This document shows, piece after piece, positions 56,177-64,000 of a DNA stretch of 64,000 nt. Origin of the DNA: an uncultured Desulfospira sp. (GTDB lineage: Bacteria > Desulfobacterota > Desulfobacteria > Desulfobacterales > Desulfobacteraceae); NCBI GenBank assembly GCA_963663165.1, contig OY760175.1, positions 4,864,001 to 4,928,000 on the forward strand. Reading direction: 5' to 3'. The position numbers and the translations under genes are program-made. Within the stretch, counting starts at the first letter, position 1. Each line of letters starts with the position of its first letter. The notes under the pieces were generated by a model. The model did no database searches, was not told where the DNA came from, and saw only the letters and a program-made list of their open reading frames with translations.

Positions 56177-58022
56177 CCCAAAATAAGTGTGAAATAAGTA
56201 ATAAAAATGAGAAAAAAGTCTCGAAACGCCTATCAATAAAGAGTATAATGAGTTTGGCAAAACGAACTATACCAAATTGAAAGGGCGTTTCGAGTGAATA
56301 AGAATATCATCAAAAAATTGGCAAAACGCAAGAAAAAAATAAGCAAAAAACTGAACAAAAGAGATTGGACTGAGCAGCCAACTCCCATGCTAAAGGCATC
56401 CAATATCCAGTATGAGATCGACGGTCGCCTTCAGGGAATATCACATGGAGGCATTGGCCTGATCCATATGTTGGCCAAAAAGACCGGCCTTTTGAAAGAA
56501 ATCGATAAAGAACTTGAGCTGCTCAAGCGCCATTTGCCATATCATGAATCTGATCATGTCGCCAATATGGCATACAATATTCTTGCAGGCGGAACCTGTC
56601 TTCAGGACATTGAATTGCAAAGAAACAATGATGCCTGGCTTAATGCTCTGGACGCAAAAATGATCCCTGATCCGACAACGGCAGGGGATTTTTTGCGCCG
56701 GTTTTCCCAGGAAAATATCATTACCCTGATGGATGTGAAAAATACCATACGGAAAAAAATATGGGAAAAGCAGCCTCAAAATTTCAAAGAATCAGCCATC
56801 ATCAATATTGACGGAACTATCAGTGAGACAAGCGGCAAGTGCAAACAGGGTATGGACATCTCCTACAATGGTAAGTGGGGGTATGCCCCGCTGGTTGTTT
56901 CTCTGGAGAGAACAAGGGAACCTCTTTATGTCATCAACCGCTCGGGCAATGCCCCGTCCCACCTTGACTCTGCCCGGTGGGTGGATAAGGCTCTTGATCT
57001 GACGGAAGGCACTTTTAAAAAATTATACGTTCGGGGAGATACGGATTTCAGCCTTACCACGCACTTTGACAAATGGGATCAACGTTGTTCCTTTATTTTT
57101 GGCATGGATGCCAGATCAAATCTAACAAAACGTGCAAATGCTCTTCCTGAAACCGACTGGGTCAGGCTTGAAAAACTGTCTGCGAAAATTAAAACTCAGC
57201 CCCGGAAACGTCCTGAGAATATCAAACTTCAAGTGGTGAAAAAGCGCAAATTCAAACGCATAGAGACTGCGTATGAACATATAGCCGAGTTTGAATACAA
57301 ACCGGGAAAATGTCAAAAACCATACAGAATGATCGTTTTGCGTAAAACAATAAACGAGTTCAAGGGAGAATTACTACTGTTCGATGATATCCGCTACTTT
57401 TTTTATATTACCAATGATTGGAAAAAACCGGCCAAACAACTGGTAGCCTTTTACCGGAAACGGGCTGACCACGAAAATGATATTGAACAGTTGAAACATG
57501 GCGTACGTGCTATGGATAATCCTTCAGACTCTTTGAATGCCAACTGGGCCTATATGGTTATTACCTCCATGGCATGGGATCTGAAAGCCTGGTATGGGCT
57601 GCTGATGCCATATCGTGCATTAGGGCTTTCCATCATCCGCATGGAATTCAAGCGTTTTATCCAGACATTTATAAACATCCCCTGTTTAATTTTGAAATCT
57701 GGCAGGGCTATAAAATATCGAATTATTGGCTATAACAACCGGCTCCAAAGCATGTTCAAATATTTTGATTTTATAAGGACCGTCCGGGTTACATGATGCC
57801 ATTGCTCTCCGGATAGTTATTGCAAACGGGTTGCAATGGCGAGTCCAAACCCTGCAGTCTCAAAAAAGGAATGACAAAAACATGAAACACAAGACAACTG
57901 GCAATACTCAAAAAAACTGGGGACTCGTGTTTCTACTGGATGGCAAGTTGGTGGCCAAAATAATACCTCAAACGGCGGGTTGCTCATGAGTATATCTTTT
58001 TTGAAAACGCGCTTGTTTTGGG
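56177..58022 (+). mobile_element. IS1380-family element (1846 bp)
   Basis: CCCAAAATAAGTGTG ... CGCGCTTGTTTTGGG; ATTAAT duplicated on both sides. Confidence 0.92.
56294..57796 (+). CDS. IS1380 family transposase
   Basis: IPDPTTAGDFLRRF, NIDGT, VRGDTDF, YRKRADHENDIEQLK, NWAYM. Confidence 0.92.
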   Translation: MNKNIIKKLAKRKKKISKKLNKRDWTEQPTPMLKASNIQYEIDGRLQGISHGGIGLIHMLAKKTGLLKEIDKELELLKRHLPYHESDHVANMAYNILAGGTCLQDIELQRNNDAWLNALDAKMIPDPTTAGDFLRRFSQENIITLMDVKNTIRKKIWEKQPQNFKESAIINIDGTISETSGKCKQGMDISYNGKWGYAPLVVSLERTREPLYVINRSGNAPSHLDSARWVDKALDLTEGTFKKLYVRGDTDFSLTTHFDKWDQRCSFIFGMDARSNLTKRANALPETDWVRLEKLSAKIKTQPRKRPENIKLQVVKKRKFKRIETAYEHIAEFEYKPGKCQKPYRMIVLRKTINEFKGELLLFDDIRYFFYITNDWKKPAKQLVAFYRKRADHENDIEQLKHGVRAMDNPSDSLNANWAYMVITSMAWDLKAWYGLLMPYRALGLSIIRMEFKRFIQTFINIPCLILKSGRAIKYRIIGYNNRLQSMFKYFDFIRTVRVT

Positions 58023-58994
58023 ATTAATCAAACAAGGAAAACTTCCCGCAACACGCAAGGCTCTTAGCAATTGGCTGGAGGGTTTGCCCCAGCCATGGAC
58101 CGCTGCGATGGAAGCCACATTATTTACAGCTTGGATATACGATTTTCTAAAGCCACATGCCCAATCCATCAAGGTGGCGCATCCTGAAATGCTGAAGGCC
58201 ATTACAGCCGCAAAGAAAAAAAATGATGTATCAGACGCTGAAAAGATAACTGATCTGCTAAGGGTGGATATGTTGCCGGAATGCTATATGATGCCGCAAG
58301 AGCTTAGGGATCTTAGAAGGGTATTACGCTATCGCAACCATATTGTTAGGACGGCAACAAAAGAAAAAAATAAAATCTCAGGCTTATTGATGGAAGCCGG
58401 CGCCCAGTATAATAAAAAACGGCTACACGGGAAGAAATATTTTTCAGAGCTTCTGGACACCGTGGAACATGTCCCTGATTCAGTAATCAATATGCTCAAA
58501 TTGAGCCGCTCTAATCTTGAAATATTTACGGATACACAGAAAAGGCTGGTACATACCATGAAGGTGAACGATCTCATACGAGACCGTGTCGAGCGCCTTT
58601 TAACAATTAGAGGCGTCGGTGAAGTTACAGCGCTGACCTGGGTTCTTGAGGTAGGTGAGCCTGAGCGGTTTCATTCAATTCGCCAGGCCATCAGCTACTG
58701 CGGACTTTGCGCCGCCCAAAAAGAATCGGCGGGCAAGGAGTATCGCGGACCGATCTCTAAAAAGAGGAACAAACACATTCAAACGATATTGATTGAGGCA
58801 GCCAAACTGGCCCCTGTCTGGAACCCCCAATTGGCTGAAGTTCACCAAAAAGAACTGGCCAAAGGCAACAAGAATAGAGCGACTCTGGCCGTCGCCCGAA
58901 AGTTGGTTGCGTATATGCTTGCTGTGGATAAAAGTGGGCAGCCATTCCAGGTCAAGGAGTCAGAAATGGCAGCATAATTGATCATGAAAAAGCA

Positions 58995-59200
58995 TTCGCA
59001 TGTATGGTTCTTCCTGCCGTTTCATGCAGTCTGGGGACTGAGTGACTGGTTTTAAACCATGATACTCCAGTAACGTGTTTCATGACCGGCAGGTTCCCCA
59101 AATTTAAACTTCTGCGATAGTCATCAGACCAGATGACTTGATGCAGCAAATGGATGTCTGGTCAAAAGAACCGATTTTTAGAACCGATTCTTTTTGGCAC
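58995..59200 (+). ncRNA. Candidate bridge/seek RNA of the IS110 element
   Basis: Stem CCTGCCG/CGGCAGG with internal loops TCTGGGGAC and TAACGTGT; downstream ATGGATGTC identical to the element end; boundaries approximate. Confidence 0.6.
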
Positions 59201-59342
59201 AAAATTGATTAAGTTCCAATGCATGGCGTTTGTTTTCAGTAGTTTAGGGTAGTAGTAGGGTTACCGCCAAGAATGGATGGCTTTGGGTTGGGCAGGGGAG
59301 TTTTATTTTTTACTTGACAATACTTATCATGGATGTCCCCGG

Positions 59343-59417
59343 AATTCTATACCTGTTTTAGGGGGTGTTTTTTAAGTTAATTCCTTAATTGACAAGCCTC
59401 TTGCTTGGTCCAACCCC
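59343..59417. repeat. Diverged copy of the upstream end of the 46.6-47.5 kb Y1 transposase element
   Basis: GTTTTAG.GGGT.TTT.TTAAG..A.TTCCTTAATTGACA..C.TCTTGCT.GGTCC..ACCC shared with about 47471-47546. Confidence 0.7.
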
Positions 59418-59992
59418 AAATCAACCAAATCACCAAATCCCTCATGTCCCTGCATTAAGTAAAGTAAGTAAAGGGGTCATAAAGGGGTCAGGCTTGACAT
59501 TTACTTCAAGGGATCTGACATGGATGGTCAGTCCCCGGTCCTCCTCTTTTAATAAAGTCAATTGAGTATTGCGTTATAATGGCCAACCGACGGGAAATAA
59601 ACGATTTCATAACCGTCCCCTGGATAATTAATGCTGGAGGAAGGTCAAGGCTTTTTTATCTTCGGAAGCATGGCTTATGAATACATCCCAATTCGATTGT
59701 TTAACATCCATCAGTAAAACCCATTAAAGTTAACGCCAACATCTGCGGCTTGTCCGTCAGCATGTTTTTGTTAGTTTTCTTCTATGAAAAAGATCTTGAC
59801 AATTTAATTTTACTCTGACCCCAATTATCTGGTTGCCCCGGATGATGCCCTGGTTCCAGATGCCGATAAAACTGCCGGCAGTCAGGCCGCAGTGGATGGC
59901 TGTGATCAACGTCAGTTATAATACCCGCCGAACGACAATTAGAATTCCCGAAATTTAACACTCATAAAAAGGGGTCAAGTATAAAAAGGGGA

Positions 59993-60129
59993 AAAGGGGT
60001 CAAGTCTACCTTTGACCCTTAATTGCATTCTTCCTCACATAATCACATGAACTATGGCAGAGGGTTGAACATGGTTCCCCTTTGACCCAACTTTTTAAAC
60101 TATGGGTCAAAGGTAGACTTGACCCCTTT
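59993..60129. mobile_element. MITE with perfect 26-bp TIRs of the GGGGTCA class
   Basis: AAAGGGGTCAAGTCTACCTTTGACCC ... GGGTCAAAGGTAGACTTGACCCCTTT. Confidence 0.75.
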
Positions 60130-60262
60130 ATGACCCAAATGAGAAGTCTTTTACCCAACGTATTACTTTTTTTTCATAAAAGTGTTACCTTTTTTCTATA
60201 GAAAAATCTACCCAAAAATAGCATAAATCAAGGTAGTTGCACCTTTTCGCCCAAGGCGATGA

Positions 60263-60278
60263 CGGCATGTTTTTTGCT
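60263..60278 (+). promoter_or_regulatory. sigma-54 promoter candidate
   Basis: CGGCATGTTTTTTGCT (GG-N10-GC) upstream of the exported-protein start at 60458. Confidence 0.6.
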
Positions 60279-60457
60279 TCTTTGTCTAAAGCCATATGCT
60301 AAACCGAAATTGAATATCAATAAATGTAATACAACTGAAAGGAGGAAGTTAAAGAAGATTTACCTGCAAGTGGCGCTATGGTTTTTATTCGGTATAGCAT
60401 CTACAGTAATACTTTCATAATTTGGTATTTTATAATTCAAAAAAGGAGAAATAATAG

Positions 60458-60581
60458 TGAAGAAGATATTTTTAGCAGGATTGGCAACAAGTTTACTAAT
60501 TCTGGGTTTGCTTGGCCTCGCAAATGCAGCATCGATTTCTAATTTTGAAGCCGTTTATGATTCTAACCTTGAACAGCTAAA
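60458..60581 (+). pseudogene. 5' end of a secreted protein gene truncated by IS1380
   Basis: AAGGAG RBS; MKKIFLAGLATSLLILGLLGLANA|ASISNFEAVY signal peptide. Confidence 0.65.
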
Positions 60582-61055
60582 CCCAAAACAAGCGTGAGAT
60601 AAGTAATAAAAATGAGATAAAATCCTCGAAACGCCTATCAATAAAAGGTATAATAAGTTTACCACAACGAAATATACCAAATTGAAAGGACGTTTCGAGT
60701 GAATAAAAATATCAACAAAAATTTGGCAAAACGCAAGAAAAAAATAAGCAAAAAGCTCAACAAAAGAGATTGGGATGAACAGCCAGCCCCTATGTTTAAA
60801 GCATCCAACATTCAATACGAGATTGACGGTCGCCTCCAAGGGGTTGCTCCCGGCGGCATAGGGTTAGAGCCTGGTTGAATCTATCATGAAGCCTGGTTGA
60901 ATGCTCTGGATGCAGAAATTATCCCCGATCCCACTACAGCCGGAGACTTTTTGCGCCGGTTTTCCAAGGAAGATATCATAACTCTGCAGGACGTCAAAAA
61001 TACCATCCGGAAAAAGGTATGGGAAAAGCCTATGACCGCAAATGACGGTTGGTAT

Positions 61056-62810
61056 TTATTTTGCATCTGCTGGACAAAACAGCGTTGAGATTTTTACCGT
61101 TAATTCAGTATCCCTTATCATTTTTTTGATCCCCGGGAATATTTTGCAATTGTTTTCAGCCGCCTTGGTCAGCTCTTTTTGTACCAGATCAGCATCAATT
61201 TGTGAAAACCTTTCTGCCAGGTTGGAACATCCATTGAGAATAATCTCCATATACTTGTCGTTTTTTAAATTTTGCACCAGCGGCGTGTCGGCAAGGACCG
61301 CTTTTAGCATTTTGTTCAGCGATCCCATGCCGGTTTTTTTCCGACCTCGTCGTTTTTCATCCCGGAAAAATCTCTCCAGAAGGTTATTCGTCCTCTGTGG
61401 TTGGACCGTAAAAATTCCGTCCGATGTGACGACTGGTATCGGGTCGGCAAAGAGCTTTTCCCAGTATTTGTCAATCTGTGCCACCATGTTAGCATAGGTT
61501 TTTTGTCTGTGTTTATTCTCAAGGAGCCAGTTCCTGAATTCAGTCACTTTTTCTTCAATACTTTTCATGTTCATGGAATCGCCATTATCATTAATGCCAT
61601 TTTTGCCATCAGGAAGGGCAATTCGCATAGCACAACGCAGCTTGTCAAATACGGCTGCCTTTGATTCCATGTTTTTGGCAAGATCATTAAGACGCTTATC
61701 TTCTACGACTTTTATGACTACTTTATATAATTGGGAAAAGGCTCTGTTTAAATTTGCTGCCTCACTGAGGTTCACGGTCATGATTTGTTCCAGCAACCGG
61801 AGAACATCTTGAAGACGTCGATAAAAATCAAGGTATGGACGGTCAAAAGGGAAACCATATCCGTTGGATTGATTTGGATAGTCAAATATCCAATGGATTA
61901 AAGCATATGCCATAATCGTGGGGATATGATCGAAATCAGTTGCCTGCCAATTCCCACTTTGAAGGCTCTCAATAATTTCATCAATATCCTTGCCGACCGG
62001 ATCAATTTTTTTCTCAAGATACTTGGCCTGCCTCCTCAATGCAGGTCGAACCTTGAGTTTCTTTAACCGTTTCTGCAAAAAACTATATTCATCAGCTAGC
62101 AGGTCTTTGCCAATGTCACGCAGGAAATGAAAATGACATATAAAATCGGGTGTCCCTGGGAAAACTTCCTCCACCGCACTGACAATCCCTTTACCCATAT
62201 CGTGTACGAGTGCCCTTGGTTCACCATACTGCTCTTTGATGCTACGGAAAAATGGGATGAGCTCATCTTTTTTCTCTGAAGAAATTTTTACCGTATCAAG
62301 GACCAGTTCTGAGAGTCCGTCAAGGCCGCAAAATAGATTGGGGCTATCACCTTCACAAGTTCCATCCACATGAAGGATATATCCTCCCCTGCTTGTGAAG
62401 AACTTTCGCAGAGCCGGCCGGCTCTGTCGGTGAGCCAGGGCAAGATAAATGATAAACTTACGGCCCAGAAAGCTGATCTCCCGTTCAGAGATGAATACAT
62501 TCTTGATCGCCAATTCAGCCATGACCTCCTGATTGCTGAGACAACGGACAAAAAGTGCAAACCCCACCTCCACAATGACATCAAACCCGAAAGTGCCGCC
62601 CCTGGGTACAAGGTTTCGAAGCTGTTCGGACCTGAACGTTCCGTGACCGTGGGGGCAATACAATACCGTTTCCTTGGCAAAATAGGCACCGATGTCCATG
62701 GTGACCCTGGTCTTCGTATCGGTTTTCTGAACATGGAGTGTAGAATTACAATCAGGGCATTTTAAAATTTCCGGGTAAAAATGCAAAGTCGGCTTTGCTG
62801 AGAATAGCAC
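61056..62810 (-). CDS. DDE transposase catalytic ORF (Zn-ribbon, CxxH; Mutator/ISL3/IS66-like, family uncertain)
   Basis: CPDC..CPHGH; LHVDGT, VHDMG, ICHFHFLRD, RTNNLLERFFR. Confidence 0.85.
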   Translation of the reverse strand: MLFSAKPTLHFYPEILKCPDCNSTLHVQKTDTKTRVTMDIGAYFAKETVLYCPHGHGTFRSEQLRNLVPRGGTFGFDVIVEVGFALFVRCLSNQEVMAELAIKNVFISEREISFLGRKFIIYLALAHRQSRPALRKFFTSRGGYILHVDGTCEGDSPNLFCGLDGLSELVLDTVKISSEKKDELIPFFRSIKEQYGEPRALVHDMGKGIVSAVEEVFPGTPDFICHFHFLRDIGKDLLADEYSFLQKRLKKLKVRPALRRQAKYLEKKIDPVGKDIDEIIESLQSGNWQATDFDHIPTIMAYALIHWIFDYPNQSNGYGFPFDRPYLDFYRRLQDVLRLLEQIMTVNLSEAANLNRAFSQLYKVVIKVVEDKRLNDLAKNMESKAAVFDKLRCAMRIALPDGKNGINDNGDSMNMKSIEEKVTEFRNWLLENKHRQKTYANMVAQIDKYWEKLFADPIPVVTSDGIFTVQPQRTNNLLERFFRDEKRRGRKKTGMGSLNKMLKAVLADTPLVQNLKNDKYMEIILNGCSNLAERFSQIDADLVQKELTKAAENNCKIFPGIKKMIRDTELTVKISTLFCPADAK

Positions 62811-62860
62811 ACTAGTTTGGACGGACCCAGTCAGCTTGGAGATAAAGCTTTTGAGCAGTT

Positions 62861-63526
62861 TTAATGCTTGGAATCCGGAATTTTTTTTAACAACTCATGA
62901 GACTCCATAAATCCTTGGATATTAGCCGGCTTTAGTTTGCTCTTTTTGATCTCCGGCAAGCCCAAAATGTCTTCTGCGGATATGCCATGATGCCTGATAA
63001 TAGCAACCAGAATCATGACTGCTTCCTGGTCAGAAATGGAAATAGCCGCTTGACGGAGGACAAGGGAACTCCTTTGTTTTACTTGATTTTTAAATATTGA
63101 AATGTTGTCAGAGAAGTAGACATAGACACCAGCGTGCTTTTCTCGACAGATACCCGGACAACTACGGAAATGATGCACAAAGGATTGTGGTGATAACCCA
63201 AGAAGTTCACCAAGTTGTCTGCCGGTAAGCCCTTCAGATGAGGAGTTCACTAAATGGATAATGGTTTTTTTTAGATTACCATACTTAGAGAACGCGGCAT
63301 TTTTAAATTGCCATATACCATAAACGTCAAATTGAGGGATTTCAGGCAAAGTATAATACTTCCCGTTTTGATTGTAACTTGTGTAGGTCTTCCACTGTTT
63401 AAGTTTTGTTTGGGCAGTTCTGGAGGAACAATCCAGAATTGAAACAAGCTTTTTGAGGGTAAAAATTTTTTGTTTTTTAAGCGTTGATCTGGCCGATTCA
63501 ATTTTTTGAACGTCGATAATAGGCAT
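62861..63526 (-). CDS. Upstream HTH-like ORF of the same IS
   Basis: GAGG RBS then MPIIDVQK; CSSRTAQTKLK, TSYNQNGKYYTL, GLTGRQLGELLG. Confidence 0.75.
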   Translation of the reverse strand: MPIIDVQKIESARSTLKKQKIFTLKKLVSILDCSSRTAQTKLKQWKTYTSYNQNGKYYTLPEIPQFDVYGIWQFKNAAFSKYGNLKKTIIHLVNSSSEGLTGRQLGELLGLSPQSFVHHFRSCPGICREKHAGVYVYFSDNISIFKNQVKQRSSLVLRQAAISISDQEAVMILVAIIRHHGISAEDILGLPEIKKSKLKPANIQGFMESHELLKKIPDSKH

Positions 63527-64000
63527 GACAACCTCTCTTCGTAGTATATGATATTTGTGCCAAATAATATCATATACTACGAAGCAATAACAGGAAAAAT
63601 AATCCATTTCGCCCAGAATCTTAGAGTTTTTCGATTCAACGACTAAAACATATACTTTGCAAATTGAAACAAGTTGTATTAATTGAATTAAAAATCAGTT
63701 GGTTGAAAAAATCCAACTGTCATTTGCGGTTATAGGGAAAAGCAGCCGCAAAACTTCAAGAAAGAAGCCATCATCAATATCGACGGCACTATCAGTGAAA
63801 CAACCGGCGAGTGCAAACAGGGTATGGACATCTCTTATAATGGTAAGTGGGGATATGCCCCTCTGATAGTCTCTCTGGAAAAAACAAGGGAGCCTCTTTA
63901 TATAATCAATCGATCCGGCAATGCTCCGTCCCACCTCAACTCTGCGGGTTGGGTGGATAAGTCCCTTGATCTGCTGGAAGGCACTTTTAAAAAATTATAC

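Larger units (their letters stand above)
56094..58977 (+). pseudogene. IS110 recombinase split by IS1380 (56094-56176 plus 58029-58977)
   Basis: MESMHYIGMDIHKK...SGTL joins in frame to IKQGKL...; DEDD residues GMD, MEAT, KNDVSDA; GVGEVTA, ESAGK, VARKL. Confidence 0.92.
55981..59337 (+). mobile_element. IS110-family (IS1111-type) element interrupted by IS1380
   Basis: Sub-terminal IRs ATAAGATATTGTAAAGTA / TACTTGACAATACTTAT; long 3' non-coding region; exact ends uncertain by 2-3 bp. Confidence 0.8.
61030..63735 (-). mobile_element. 2706-bp two-ORF IS with 23-bp TIRs and 8-bp TSD
   Basis: CTATrACCGCAAATGACrGTTGG ends (21/23 match); GGAAAAGC at 61022-61029 and 63736-63743. Confidence 0.92.
60582..64000 (+). 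mobile_element. Second, diverged IS1380 copy (internally deleted, interrupted, runs off the window)
   Basis: CCCAAAACAAGCGTG left end; homology to 56177-57030; deletion near 60865-60890; resumes at 63744. Confidence 0.88.

Noticed and set aside
1..64000. CRISPR array, cas genes, rRNA, tRNA
   Set aside because: No regularly spaced repeat-spacer series, cas motifs or recognisable structural RNA genes were seen by eye.

Overview
64 kb of bacterial chromosome. Gene content suggests an anaerobic Desulfobacterales-type deltaproteobacterium (inference: LutC/LdhH lactate oxidation, SfrB-like protein, [FeFe] hydrogenase, sigma-54 promoters, DUF134/DUF5320). Positions 1-46 kb are mostly ordinary metabolic and regulatory genes: MFS transporters, RNA methyltransferase, receiver-PPDK-like protein, LdhH, proline dehydrogenase, an AmmeMemoRadiSam locus split by a sigma-54 SfrB-like/[FeFe]-hydrogenase/pta block, and a PrpR-TRAP module. 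Positions 46-64 kb are a lower-GC mobile-element pile-up with a Y1 (RAYT-like) transposase, toxin-antitoxin modules and at least six IS elements, some nested. The most novel item is a complete IS21-family element (49807-53538) whose IstA transposase is fused in frame to a DnaG-like primase module (ZBD-like fold plus TOPRIM), followed by istB. Second is an IS110/IS1111 element whose 3' non-coding region carries apparent guide sequences matching both its own end and the GGGGAC-type repeat it inserted into. All protein calls come from motif recognition by eye; no database searches were run.
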